Positions 49,459-59,407 of a stretch of 64,000 nucleotides of DNA are shown here, in pieces. Position numbers and translations under genes: made by a program. Source of the stretch: Spirochaetia bacterium (GTDB lineage Bacteria > Spirochaetota > Spirochaetia > SZUA-6 > Bin103). Where the stretch lies: contig CBDBOV010000004.1 in NCBI GenBank assembly GCA_965208575.1, forward strand, positions 992,001-1,056,000, written 5' to 3'. The notes beneath the pieces are model-generated. The model was not told the DNA's origin and did not search any database. It was given only the letters and a program-made list of their open reading frames with translations. Each line of letters begins with the position of its first letter. Within the stretch, counting starts at the first letter, position 1.

Positions 49459-49932
49459 ATGGATCGCACGACCTGCACGGTGTGCACCACCGAGCAGCAC
49501 ACCATGGCGGCCGGCGAGGCGCTCGCCGCTCGCCTGCGCGACCGCCTCGCCGCCCGGCGCGGAGCCGTGATTGCGCTGCACGGCGACCTCGGCGCAGGCA
49601 AGACCACCTTCGCCAAGGGCGTCGCGCGCGGGCTCGGCATCCACGAGGCGGTCACCAGCCCGACCTACCAACTGGTGCTGGAGTATGAATCTCCGCACGA
49701 CGCGCCGCTGCCCCTGACCCTGTACCACATCGACCTGTACCGCATCGACGCGGCCGTGCAGCTCGCATCGCTGGCCCTGGACGACTTCATCCATGGCTCG
49801 GGGGTGACGCTCGTCGAGTGGCCGGAGCGAGCCGGCGACACTCTGCCGGACGATACCATTCGCGTGCGCATCGATATCGAGGACGACATGCGCCGCCGCA
49901 TCGAGATTACCGAATCGGGGCCGCCGCCATGA
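49459..49932 (+). CDS. tsaE: tRNA t6A biosynthesis ATPase
   Basis: LHGDLGAGKTTF, VTSPTY, HIDLYRI, VEWPE. Confidence 0.94.
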   Translation: MDRTTCTVCTTEQHTMAAGEALAARLRDRLAARRGAVIALHGDLGAGKTTFAKGVARGLGIHEAVTSPTYQLVLEYESPHDAPLPLTLYHIDLYRIDAAVQLASLALDDFIHGSGVTLVEWPERAGDTLPDDTIRVRIDIEDDMRRRIEITESGPPP

Positions 49933-50750
49933 CCGTGATCGCGTTCGATACCACCACCGAAACGCTGGCCGTGGCGGCCGCACGCGGCGACGACTGGGTC
50001 GCGCACTCCTGCCACAGCGGACTGAAGCACGCCACCCTGCTCGCTCCGCTCATCGAACAGGTTACCGGCGAGTTGGGCGTGCGCGTGGCGGAGGTCGACC
50101 TGGTGGCGGTCGGCATCGGCCCCGGGTCGTTCACCGGGGTGCGCATCGGCGTGGCCACCGCGAAGGGCATCGCGGCCGCGGGCCGTGCGCGGCTGGCCGG
50201 CATCTGCGGACTGGATGCCATGGCCTGGGACCAACGCCACGCCGGCGGCCTGGTAGTACCGCTGATCGATGCCCGCAAGCGCCGCTTCTACGCCGCCTGC
50301 TACCGCGACGGCCGCCGTGCCGGCCCCTACCTGGACCAGGCGCCGGCAGCGCTCGCGGAAACGGTGCGCGCCACCGCGGCGGACGGCGAACCGGTCCTGC
50401 TCACCGGCCCGGCGGCCGGCCAGTTCGCGGCGGCCCTGCAGCCGCCTCAGGCGGAGCGTGAACGTGCTGAACCGCTCCCGGGTGACCGGCCCGGCACGCG
50501 GCGCCGTGCGCGCAACCCGGCGGCGCATTCCAGCGAACAGTCTGCCCGCACCGCGGCCGCCGCCGCGGCGGCCGCCAACGCTCGCTCGCCCGGCGCTGGC
50601 TGGCGCATCGACCGCCGCCACGCCCAGGTTCCGGTACTCGCCATGCTGGAGTTGGCCGAACGCAACCTGGTCGACGCTCCCGCGGATCTGAATCCGCTGT
50701 ACCTGCGCCGCAGCGAGGCGGAGCTGGGCATCACCGGCCCGGCTCGGTGA
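49929..50750 (+). CDS. tsaB: tRNA t6A biosynthesis protein TsaB
   Basis: IAFDTTT, GIGPGSFTGVRIG, IDARKRRFY, PLYLRRSEAE. Confidence 0.92.
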   Translation: MTVIAFDTTTETLAVAAARGDDWVAHSCHSGLKHATLLAPLIEQVTGELGVRVAEVDLVAVGIGPGSFTGVRIGVATAKGIAAAGRARLAGICGLDAMAWDQRHAGGLVVPLIDARKRRFYAACYRDGRRAGPYLDQAPAALAETVRATAADGEPVLLTGPAAGQFAAALQPPQAERERAEPLPGDRPGTRRRARNPAAHSSEQSARTAAAAAAAANARSPGAGWRIDRRHAQVPVLAMLELAERNLVDAPADLNPLYLRRSEAELGITGPAR

Positions 50751-50768
50751 ACCCGCGGGCGCCGCGCG

Positions 50769-52208
50769 CTACTCGGCGGCGCCGGCGAGACCGTCGAGCA
50801 GGCGCGCCACCTGGCCGCGCGACACCATGAATTCGGCCACCCCCTCGCGCACGACGGCGTAGAACTGCCGGTCATAGGGCACCAGCGCCACCGACTGCCG
50901 CTCGTCCGGCGTGTTCATGAGGTACGTGATGCGCACCTCCGGCTGCGCCGCCAACACCGCCGCCTGATCTTCGCGCGGCAACGCCGCATCGCCGAGCAAG
51001 CCGATAATGAGCTGGTACAGCTCGCGAAACGGCTTGTCCTCCATCGGCGCGCCGTCGATCGTGAAGCGCTCCACCAGGTCGTCACCCGAGCCGGTTCGTT
51101 CGATGGTGAGCCGGTAGCTGCCGCCGGGGTGGTCGATCTCGACGGCGTCCACCGACTCGATGTTCAGGATCAGCACGAACTTGTCCACCAGCGCAAAGGG
51201 ATCCAGGTCGAGCACGCCGGCGCGCGACCGCTGCATCGCATACACCGTGCTGCGTCCCTGCACCTGGAAGAACACCTCCCCGTCGCGCTCGTCACCGAAC
51301 AGCAGTGCCAGTTCGGCGCCCTCGGTGTCGCGCGCCAGCAGCTCGTAACGCGGCGGCGCCAGTCCGTAGTCGGCGGCGGCTCCCGCGTCGTCGCTCACGA
51401 TGCGGTCGATGCGCGGTGTCCCGAGCGCCGCCTGCACCTTGGCGAACTCCTCGCTGTCGATGGCGCGCGGAAATGCGTACGGCTGAATGATCGCCAGCCG
51501 GGTCAGCAGGTGGGCGAAGCGGGTGTCGAGCGGGTTGGTTTCCACGATCTCCAGGGTCTCGACTCCGGGACCCTGCAGGCGCAGGTAGCTGAACGCCTCG
51601 CCGTTGACCGTGGGCAACTCGTCGCCGCGCATGTCGGAGGCCGTGTAGTAGTAGTGGTTGCCGTGGTTGGTCCACACCGCGTACACGACGCGCTCACCCG
51701 GCACCCCCAGGTACCAAGTGTTGCCCGCCGGCGTGCGGTCGCCGAGGTGCGCCTCGATGGTGCTGCCGTCGTCGAGCGTGGCAACCGCCACCACGGCGGG
51801 CGGATCGAGCCCGTACTGCGTCAGGTCGGCGGCGTCCTCTTCGATCACCCGCTCCGCGTACAGGCTGCCGAAGCTGTACAGAATGTCCTTGATCCGCGAT
51901 TCCTTGATCGGGATGTCGCCGTTCATCCCGTCGATCTGCCAGCCCGACTCGGTCCGCCGCATGTTGAACGGCTGCTCGCGGCCCGGCCCGGCCAGCGAGA
52001 CGGCGGTGATGCGTTCGATGTCGACGCGCGATATTTCCGGCTTGCCCGGCGTCGGTTCCGCCTCCGGGACCTGCGGCGGGCGGTTGCGCACCACGGTCAG
52101 GGTCACCACCAGCGCGGCGACCCCCACCACCATGGCGGCGAGGATCGCCAGCCGCCGCAGCCCGCCGCGGCCGGCGTCCCGCGAGTGCTCCTTCGTCGCC
52201 TCGCTCAT
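50769..52208 (-). CDS. DUF4340-domain membrane-anchored protein
   Basis: N-terminal TM, two YGL.PP...L..GD repeats; follows the GldG-like gene. Confidence 0.78.
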   Translation of the reverse strand: MSEATKEHSRDAGRGGLRRLAILAAMVVGVAALVVTLTVVRNRPPQVPEAEPTPGKPEISRVDIERITAVSLAGPGREQPFNMRRTESGWQIDGMNGDIPIKESRIKDILYSFGSLYAERVIEEDAADLTQYGLDPPAVVAVATLDDGSTIEAHLGDRTPAGNTWYLGVPGERVVYAVWTNHGNHYYYTASDMRGDELPTVNGEAFSYLRLQGPGVETLEIVETNPLDTRFAHLLTRLAIIQPYAFPRAIDSEEFAKVQAALGTPRIDRIVSDDAGAAADYGLAPPRYELLARDTEGAELALLFGDERDGEVFFQVQGRSTVYAMQRSRAGVLDLDPFALVDKFVLILNIESVDAVEIDHPGGSYRLTIERTGSGDDLVERFTIDGAPMEDKPFRELYQLIIGLLGDAALPREDQAAVLAAQPEVRITYLMNTPDERQSVALVPYDRQFYAVVREGVAEFMVSRGQVARLLDGLAGAAE

Positions 52209-52302
52209 GCGCGCTGCTCTGGTCCGAACAAGCCGGCTGGTGGGCGATGCTCGGGCATAGGTTTCATCGTCTTCCCTGTCACGGAGTGACCGTACAGACT
52301 CT

Positions 52303-53736
52303 CTACAGGTGGCGCCGCCGCAGCCACACCGCCAGCCCGGCGCCGAGCACGCCGAGCGGCATCAGCAGCACGGCCACGCCGGAGATGATCAACTGCGCCA
52401 ACCGCGTCATGCGCAGCGGGAACGTGCGCAGCGACTTGGCGCGAATGGAGATCGACTCCTCGCGGCTGCGCGCCCAGCTCAGGCTGTTGAGCAGCATGTC
52501 GTAGTTGGCCTGGTAGGGCTGCCGCAGAAACAGCGCCGACGAGAACACCACCACGCGCGACTTCATGTAGCCGTCGAGGTCGTTGTCGGTAATCGCCACG
52601 GCGATCGCGAACGGCCCGTTCGGCTCGCCCTCCTGCTGCTCGACCGACTGGATCTGGAAATCGGTGCGCAGGAACGATCCCTCCGAGGTGTTCAGGAACG
52701 GTTCCACCGTCAAGGTGCGCCGCTTGGTCTCCAGTTCCTCGATCGGCCCCGCCGCCGGCATCACGATGAACAGCCGCTCCGAGCGCATCGGGGACACGAT
52801 CTCGTGGGAGGTCATCTCCGGCACCAGGAACACCTGGCTGTCCGGCGTATGGCGTCCCGACTCCTCGACGATGATGCCGTTCACCATCCGCACCCCGAAC
52901 CCGGCGAGCAGCTCGTCCAGGTTGGGCAACCCGGCGCGCCGCGCCGCCTGCAGCACGAACACCACGCGCCCGCCGTCGCGCATCCAGGCGTCGAGCCGGT
53001 CCGCCTCCACCACGGTCAGGTCCTGCTCCGGCGCCACCACCAGCAGCACGTCGACATCCTCGGGGATGGTGTCGCGCGACACCAGGTCGAGCGTGTCCAC
53101 CTCGTAGTTGTCGTTCTCCAGCAGGTCGCGCACGTTCAGGCCCGGCATGCCGAGCTGGAACATCGACTGCTCGCCGTGCCCCTCCAGCAGGTAGACGGAC
53201 GGCAGATCGCCGGTGGTCACGTACAGCAGCGCCGCGGTCAGCTCCTGCTCCAGCGACAGCGAGGTGGCCTGCCGGGTCTGCATGTTGACGTTGAAAATGT
53301 CGAACTGGCTGATCATCCGGAACCGGTCGCCGCCGTCGACGATCAGCCCGCCGGGGCGCACCTGTCCCTCTTCCTCGTACTTGGCCGCCAGGCCGGGGTT
53401 GCGCTCCGGATCGAGGGTGGCCAGTTTGACGTGGCCGCTGCGCTTCGCGTAGCGGTCGAGCACCGAGTCGATCAGCGGGTTTTCGCGCCCGGTGGTGCCG
53501 ATCTGGTACACGGTGACGTCGGCCTGCAGGTTGTCCAGGACCTGGAAGGTCTGGTCGGACAGCGAGAACAGCCGATTCTGGGTCAGGTCGGCCTCCACGC
53601 CGAACTGGTCCACCAGCAGGTTGACCAGCACCAGGACCGCCACCATGCCGAGCGAGGTGAGCAGCGCGTAGCCGCCGTAGCGCACCTGCTTGCTCTCGCG
53701 CAGGCGGCGCATCTGCGCGGAAAGGATATCACTCAT
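52303..53736 (-). CDS. GldG-like ABC-type auxiliary component
   Basis: DLTQNRLFSLSDQT, EQELTAAL, YLLEGHGE, NSLSW, C-terminal TM plus WLRRR. Confidence 0.85.
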   Translation of the reverse strand: MSDILSAQMRRLRESKQVRYGGYALLTSLGMVAVLVLVNLLVDQFGVEADLTQNRLFSLSDQTFQVLDNLQADVTVYQIGTTGRENPLIDSVLDRYAKRSGHVKLATLDPERNPGLAAKYEEEGQVRPGGLIVDGGDRFRMISQFDIFNVNMQTRQATSLSLEQELTAALLYVTTGDLPSVYLLEGHGEQSMFQLGMPGLNVRDLLENDNYEVDTLDLVSRDTIPEDVDVLLVVAPEQDLTVVEADRLDAWMRDGGRVVFVLQAARRAGLPNLDELLAGFGVRMVNGIIVEESGRHTPDSQVFLVPEMTSHEIVSPMRSERLFIVMPAAGPIEELETKRRTLTVEPFLNTSEGSFLRTDFQIQSVEQQEGEPNGPFAIAVAITDNDLDGYMKSRVVVFSSALFLRQPYQANYDMLLNSLSWARSREESISIRAKSLRTFPLRMTRLAQLIISGVAVLLMPLGVLGAGLAVWLRRRHL

Positions 53737-53737
53737 G

Positions 53738-54601
53738 TCAGGTCCACCTGTTGCGTTCGATCACGCGCACGGTGAGGAATACCAGCACGGTCGAGAAGGA
53801 CACGTAATAGACGATCGGGCTGAGCGCCAGGACGCCGCCCATGAAGCGCTGGAACCTGCTGGTGAGCGAGAACCACGCCAGGAAGTCGATGATGAAGGTC
53901 TCGTAGAAGCCCTCCACCGAGAACGCGGCCACCACGATCAACGCCGCCAGGAGCAGCAGCGTGGCGGCGGAGATCACCAGGTTGCGCGTTGCGAGGTACA
54001 CCCACAGCACCACCAGGGCGCCGAGGCAGGAGGCGAACACGATGCCCGGCACGGTGCCGGCCGGCACGCCGTTCTGCACGAAGTCGATGATCCACATCAA
54101 CAGCAGGGCGGCGAAGGTGGACACCGCCGAGATCACCTGGTTGTCGGTGAGCGACGACATCAGCATGCCGACGGCGATGAACGTGCAGCCGAGCAGGAAG
54201 AAACCGACGTAGCCGCCCAGGATCTCCCAGCCGGGCAGGCGCCCGAAGAAGCTCATGGTGATCGGGTACAGCACGGTCACCAGCAGCGTGAACAGAAACA
54301 CCGCCACCGCCGCGAGGTACTTGCCGAGCACGATGCCGGTCACGCTCACCGGCACGGTGAGCAGGAGCTGGTCGGTGCGCTGCCGCTTCTCGTCCGCGAA
54401 CAGGCGCATGGTGAGAATCGGCACGATCACCAGGAACACGAAGATGATCGAGCTCAGCACGCCCTGGAACTGCGGGTTGGAACGCAGCACGTTGTCGGTG
54501 GCGAAGAAGAAGCCGGCCAGCAGCAGGAAGAACCCCATGAAGATGTAGCCGATCGGCGAAAAGTAGTAGGAGCGCAACTCGCGCAGGAACACCGCGATCA
54601 T
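53738..54601 (-). CDS. GldF-like ABC-2 permease
   Basis: RELRSYYFSPIGY, PILTMRLFADEKRQRTDQLLLT, SSLTDNQVISA. Confidence 0.88.
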   Translation of the reverse strand: MIAVFLRELRSYYFSPIGYIFMGFFLLLAGFFFATDNVLRSNPQFQGVLSSIIFVFLVIVPILTMRLFADEKRQRTDQLLLTVPVSVTGIVLGKYLAAVAVFLFTLLVTVLYPITMSFFGRLPGWEILGGYVGFFLLGCTFIAVGMLMSSLTDNQVISAVSTFAALLLMWIIDFVQNGVPAGTVPGIVFASCLGALVVLWVYLATRNLVISAATLLLLAALIVVAAFSVEGFYETFIIDFLAWFSLTSRFQRFMGGVLALSPIVYYVSFSTVLVFLTVRVIERNRWT

Positions 54602-55695
54602 CAGGCGTCCCCTTCGCCGGCGCCGGCCTGCCCGGGGGCCGCCGCTTCGTGCGCCGCTTCGGAAGCCGCCGGCGGCGGTGTGCCGTCGGAGGTGCCGCCC
54701 GCGTCCGACGACCCCGCCGCTGCGGAAGCGGCCGCGGGCGTGCCCGGTGCCTCGCCGGCGGCGTCCTCGGTGGTGAGTTGCAGGAAGATCTCCTCGAGCG
54801 TGTAGTCCATCGCCGTCATCAGGTAGATCGGCAGGTCCGCCCTGCTCAGGGCGTGGAAGATGGCGCGCCGCGGGTCGGCGCCGGCGGCGGTCTCCACGTG
54901 CAGGTCGACCGTGCCCGGCTCCACCGTGCCCTGCGCGCTGACCTCGTTCACCCCCGCCACGCCGGCCAGCGCGGCCAGCGCCGCCTCCTCGCTACCCGCC
55001 ACGCGCAACCGGAACTCGCTGCTGTCGTGCAGGCGCTTGCCCAGGTTCTCGGTGGTGTCGGAGGCGACCAGCTTGCCGCGGTTGATGATGATCACCCGGT
55101 CGCACACCGCGCTCACCTCGGGCAGGATGTGCGAGGAAAGGATGATGGTGTGCTCGTGGCCGAGTTCGCGGATCAGGTTGCGGATCTCGATGATCTGGTG
55201 CGGGTCGAGGCCGATGGTGGGCTCGTCCAGAATCAGCACGCGGGGACTGCCGACCAGCGCCTGCGCCAGGCCGACGCGCTGGCGATAGCCCTTGGAAAGG
55301 TTCTTGATCAGCCGGTCGCGCACGTGGGCGATGCCGGCCAGCTCCAGGATGCGCTCCTGCTGCGCCGCGGCGGTGCTGCGGTCCGCCTTCTTGAGCCGCG
55401 CCACGAAGCGCAGGTACTCGCGCACCGTCATGTCGAGATACAGCGGCGGCAACTCCGGCAGGTAGCCGACGCGCCGCTTCACCTGGTCGGGATCCTCGAG
55501 CACGTCGAAGCCGTCCACCGTCACCGTGCCGGCGGTGGCCGACAGGTAGCCGGTGATGATGTTCATGGTGGTCGACTTGCCGGCGCCGTTCGGGCCGAGG
55601 AACCCGACCACCTCGCCGTCGTCCACCCGAAAGCTGATGTCGTCGACGGCGAGATGCTGGCCGTAGCGCTTGGAAACGCCTTCAACCGTTATCAC
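54601..55695 (-). CDS. GldA-like ABC transporter ATP-binding protein
   Basis: GPNGAGKST, LSKGYRQRVG, ILDEPT, SSHIL, LEEIFLQLT. Confidence 0.92.
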   Translation of the reverse strand: MITVEGVSKRYGQHLAVDDISFRVDDGEVVGFLGPNGAGKSTTMNIITGYLSATAGTVTVDGFDVLEDPDQVKRRVGYLPELPPLYLDMTVREYLRFVARLKKADRSTAAAQQERILELAGIAHVRDRLIKNLSKGYRQRVGLAQALVGSPRVLILDEPTIGLDPHQIIEIRNLIRELGHEHTIILSSHILPEVSAVCDRVIIINRGKLVASDTTENLGKRLHDSSEFRLRVAGSEEAALAALAGVAGVNEVSAQGTVEPGTVDLHVETAAGADPRRAIFHALSRADLPIYLMTAMDYTLEEIFLQLTTEDAAGEAPGTPAAASAAAGSSDAGGTSDGTPPPAASEAAHEAAAPGQAGAGEGDA

Positions 55696-55962
55696 GTTTA
55701 TGTGCCTCCGCGCCGGTCACGCCGCCGTTCTGGGCCGTTGCGGGATGACGGCGGCGGCACGCAGCCAAGACCAACGCGCGCGGTCGATGCCCGCACAGGC
55801 GACAGGGAAACCGGGCTATTGCTTGGTATGCCCACAAGCTACTGAAACCGCCCCACGGAGTAAAGACGACCGCTCGTCGCACCACGTCGCACCAGGCTCA
55901 CCATCTACGCCGCACGGCCTCCCGCCCGATGACGCACGAAGCCGGCGGCGACCAACTCGCCC

Positions 55963-55997
55963 TTGACATGAGAACTTCATGCTTTCATGGTTATTTC
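55963..55997 (+). promoter_or_regulatory. Promoter/operator of the TA operon
   Basis: TTGACA -35 box overlapped by CATGA/TCATG inverted and TTCATG direct repeats. Confidence 0.55.
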
Positions 55998-56270
55998 ATG
56001 TCCACGATGATCCAAATCCGCAACGTTCCCGCACCTGTGCATCGGCGCCTCAAGGCGCGCGCCGCGATAGAGGGGGTCTCGATGTCACAGTACGTGCTGG
56101 CGGCCATCGAGCGGGCGCTGGAGCGTCCGAGCCGGCGAGAACTGCTCGCCGCGATACGCCGAGAGCCGGCCGCGACCCTGGATCCGTCTCCGGCGGACGT
56201 ACTTCGCGCGGAGCGCGCAGCGCGCGGCGAACAACTCGAAGCGGCGCCTCGGCGCGACCTGGACCGGTAG
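55998..56270 (+). CDS. vapB: FitA/VapB-like ribbon-helix-helix antitoxin
   Basis: IQIRNVP..VHRRLKARAA..G.SMSQY; upstream of a PIN toxin. Confidence 0.82.
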   Translation: MSTMIQIRNVPAPVHRRLKARAAIEGVSMSQYVLAAIERALERPSRRELLAAIRREPAATLDPSPADVLRAERAARGEQLEAAPRRDLDR

Positions 56271-56273
56271 ACC

Positions 56274-56666
56274 TTGTTCGTCCTGGATGCTTCGGGCGCA
56301 GTCGAACTGGTACTGAATACCGCCGCCGGCAAGCGCATAGCCAGTCGGCTGGACGATCCCGCCCAGATCGTCCACGCGCCTCACCTCATCGATGTCGAGA
56401 TCGCTCACGTACTCCGCCGCTACACCCTGCACGGAGTGCTGAATGCCGCTCGCTGCGAGCGGGCGCTCAGCCACTGGCGCGAACTCGACGTCGAGCGCCA
56501 CTCCCATGACCTGTTCCTCGATCGCATGTGGCAGCTCCGCCACAACGTGAGCGCCTGCGACGCCGCCTACGTTGCCTTGACCGAAGTGCTGTCGACCGTT
56601 CTCGTAACCGGCGACGGCCGCCTCCAGCGGGTCCCCGGACTGGCGATTCGCATCGAACTCGCTTGA
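56274..56666 (+). CDS. vapC: VapC PIN-domain toxin
   Basis: VLDAS, APHLIDVEI, SACDAAYVAL, LVTGD. Confidence 0.88.
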   Translation: MFVLDASGAVELVLNTAAGKRIASRLDDPAQIVHAPHLIDVEIAHVLRRYTLHGVLNAARCERALSHWRELDVERHSHDLFLDRMWQLRHNVSACDAAYVALTEVLSTVLVTGDGRLQRVPGLAIRIELA

Positions 56667-56735
56667 CTCCGCCCGCGTCGTAAGCGGCGGCGCGTACCGG
56701 GGCCGACGGGACCGTCCGGTGTATAATTTGCCGGG

Positions 56736-57548
56736 ATGAGTCCGCTATCACCGGTCCGGGCGTTTCGGCTGTTGCTCGACCCGAAGCGTCCCGGAGCGCG
56801 CAACATGGCCGTGGACGAGGCGCTGCTGCGTTGCATGACGCCGGACGGCGCACCGGTGCTGCGGCTGTACGGGTTCGCGCCGGCGTGCGTGTCGCTGGGC
56901 CGGTTTCAGGCGGCGGGCGACTTGGCCGGTGACGCCATGCGAATACGCGACGGCGTCGACATGGTGCGCCGGCCGACCGGCGGGCGGGCGGTTCTGCATG
57001 ACGACGAGGTCACCTACGCGGTGGTGCTTGGGCGTCGCCACCTGCAGCCGTTCACCAAGCGTGCGGCGTACCGGGCGTCGGCGGCGCTGCTGCTGCGCCT
57101 GCTGAGCGCGCTCGGCGTGCGCGGTTCGGTGCACCCCGGCGACACCGCGGCACCTGCGGCGGACGCGGATCCTGACTGCTACCGCGCCACCGGTGAGTAC
57201 GAAATCACCGCTGACGCCAAGAAGCTGGTGGGCAGCGCCCAGATCACCACTCGCGACGCCGCGCTGCAGCACGGCTCGATCCCACTGTCCACCTCCTACG
57301 CGCGCATCGCCCGCTACCTCCGGGGAAGGGGTTCCGCGCGCGACGAAAGGACTGTCCCACGCGCCACCTCGGTGGCCGCCGAGAGCGGCCGCCGCTGGTG
57401 CTACGACGATGCACTGCACGAGTTGGCGGCGGCCGCTCGTGGGGATCTTGATGCGGAGATTTCGGCGCTGTCGGAAGCGGAAGTGAGGCTGGCGGGGGAA
57501 CTGGAGGAGAACCGGTATGCCCGCCGGCATTGGACATACGCCCGATGA
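56736..57548 (+). CDS. Lipoate-protein ligase A / octanoyltransferase family
   Basis: NMAVDEALL, SLGRFQ, VRRPTGGRAVLH, KLVGSAQ, LQHGSI. Confidence 0.9.
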   Translation: MSPLSPVRAFRLLLDPKRPGARNMAVDEALLRCMTPDGAPVLRLYGFAPACVSLGRFQAAGDLAGDAMRIRDGVDMVRRPTGGRAVLHDDEVTYAVVLGRRHLQPFTKRAAYRASAALLLRLLSALGVRGSVHPGDTAAPAADADPDCYRATGEYEITADAKKLVGSAQITTRDAALQHGSIPLSTSYARIARYLRGRGSARDERTVPRATSVAAESGRRWCYDDALHELAAAARGDLDAEISALSEAEVRLAGELEENRYARRHWTYAR

Positions 57549-59407
57549 TCGTGCGACCTACCGTAGCGCCGCGCAGCAAGAGCAACCGCCGGGACTCTGA
57601 CTCGACGCTGGTGCTATCGATCGGTCTCGTCATGGCTACGCTCGCGTTGGCGAGTGCCGCCCTCGCAGTAGGGGAAGAGAGCGTCGCGGCGGAACACGAG
57701 GCCGCGGCCGCCCCAGGCGCCGCCACGGGCGAGCCAGCCGGCACCGCGGCCTCCGGCGCGGCGCCCAAGATGTTCTGGGAGGCGCTGGACAGCGCGCAGG
57801 CGATGCGCGCGTTCGCGGCCGGGCTCAGCGATGATGAGTTGCTGGGACAAGCGTTCATGCTCGGCTATCCGGGTGCGGCCCCCACGCCGTTTCTGCGCGG
57901 CTGGATCGAGGGGCAGAGCCTCGGCGGCGTCAAGATCTTTCCGCGCAACGTGGCCAGCTTGCAGCAACTCGCCGCGGACATCGACGAGCTGCAAGGGGCG
58001 GCGCAACGGCAGCCGCGCCGGATCCCGCTGCTGATCGCGACCGACCTGGAGGGCGGCTGGATCGATCACGTCAAGCACGAGATCTCGAAGACGCCGGGCA
58101 ACCTCGCCATCGGCGCGGCCGGCATGGCCGACGACGCCTACCGCACCGGGCGCTACCTCGGCCTGGAACTGGCCGCCCTGGGCATCAACATGAACTTCGC
58201 CCCCACGGTGGACGTCTACTCCAACCCGGATGCGTCGGTGATCGGGCCGCGCGCGTTCAGCTCCGACCCGGTGCAGACCGGCCTGCTGGCGGTGGCGTAC
58301 TTCCGTGGCCTGCAGAGCGCCGGCATCATCGCCACCGCCAAGCATTACCCCGGCCACGGCGCCGCCGACCGCGATTCGCACCTGGTGCTGCCGCGCGTCG
58401 CCGCCGACCGCGAGCAGTTGTGGGACCGCGAGCTGGTGCCCTACCGGTTCCTGGTCCGCGAGGGGGTGCCGGCCATCATGAGCGGCCACCTGGCGTTCCC
58501 GGCGATCGCCGACGAGCGGGTTCCCGCGTCCCTCTCGCCGGTGTTCATGAGCGAGTTGCTGCGCGAACGCCTGGGCTTCGACGGCGTCGTGGTCACCGAC
58601 GACCTGGAGATGACCGGGGCGGTGCAACACGCCGGGTCGCCGGCGCAAGCGGTGGTTGCCGCCATCGAAGCCGGCAATGACCTGGCACTGGTGTCGCACA
58701 CGCCGGCGTGGCAGGAACAGGCTTGGGAGGCGGCCCGGCGGCGCATGAAGGAGGACGAGCAGTTCCGCAGCCGGGTGGCGGAGGCCGCGTTGCGGGTACT
58801 GGAGGCGAAGCGCGCAGCGGTGACCGCGACTCCGCCGCTGCCGGTCACCTCGGCCGCGTCGGTTGCCGGCTCGTTGGCCCACCTGGTGCCGGCGCCCGGT
58901 GCGGCGGAGTTCTTCTTCTCGTCGGCGGCGCGCGCGGTCACCGTGGTGCGGGACGCCGGGCTGCCGCTGCCCGAGGCGCGCGGGCGCACCCTGCTCGCCG
59001 GCCAGCACCGCGCCTTCCTCGACGCCGGCCGCCGGCGCTACCCCGACGCGGAAGTGGCGAATTTCCCGTGGAGCCCGTTCTACTACGCCCGCGAGCCGCA
59101 CCTGAGCGCGATTCCCGCCGCCGCCCGCGGTTACGACACGATCATATTCGAGCTGGCCAACTTCAACAGCCTGGAGATCCTCGCCGCCATGGAGCCGCTC
59201 GCCGAGCGCATCGTCGTGCTGTCGGCGCTTACCCCCGTGTACCTGCGCGAGGTCCCGTGGGTGCACACCGCGGTCGCGGTATACGGCAACAGCGCCGCCT
59301 CGTTCGACGCCGGCTTCGCGGTGTTGGCCGGCGACTACCCGGCCTCCGGCCGGTGGCCGCTCGACTTCGGCGCCGCCGCGGCGGCCGCGGCGGCCGCAGC
59401 ACCGTGA
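57545..59407 (+). CDS. nagZ: GH3 beta-N-acetylhexosaminidase
   Basis: ATDLEGG, NFAPTVD, RAFSSDP, KHYPGHG...DSH, LRERLGFDGVVVTDDLEM. Confidence 0.85.
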   Translation: MIVRPTVAPRSKSNRRDSDSTLVLSIGLVMATLALASAALAVGEESVAAEHEAAAAPGAATGEPAGTAASGAAPKMFWEALDSAQAMRAFAAGLSDDELLGQAFMLGYPGAAPTPFLRGWIEGQSLGGVKIFPRNVASLQQLAADIDELQGAAQRQPRRIPLLIATDLEGGWIDHVKHEISKTPGNLAIGAAGMADDAYRTGRYLGLELAALGINMNFAPTVDVYSNPDASVIGPRAFSSDPVQTGLLAVAYFRGLQSAGIIATAKHYPGHGAADRDSHLVLPRVAADREQLWDRELVPYRFLVREGVPAIMSGHLAFPAIADERVPASLSPVFMSELLRERLGFDGVVVTDDLEMTGAVQHAGSPAQAVVAAIEAGNDLALVSHTPAWQEQAWEAARRRMKEDEQFRSRVAEAALRVLEAKRAAVTATPPLPVTSAASVAGSLAHLVPAPGAAEFFFSSAARAVTVVRDAGLPLPEARGRTLLAGQHRAFLDAGRRRYPDAEVANFPWSPFYYAREPHLSAIPAAARGYDTIIFELANFNSLEILAAMEPLAERIVVLSALTPVYLREVPWVHTAVAVYGNSAASFDAGFAVLAGDYPASGRWPLDFGAAAAAAAAAAP

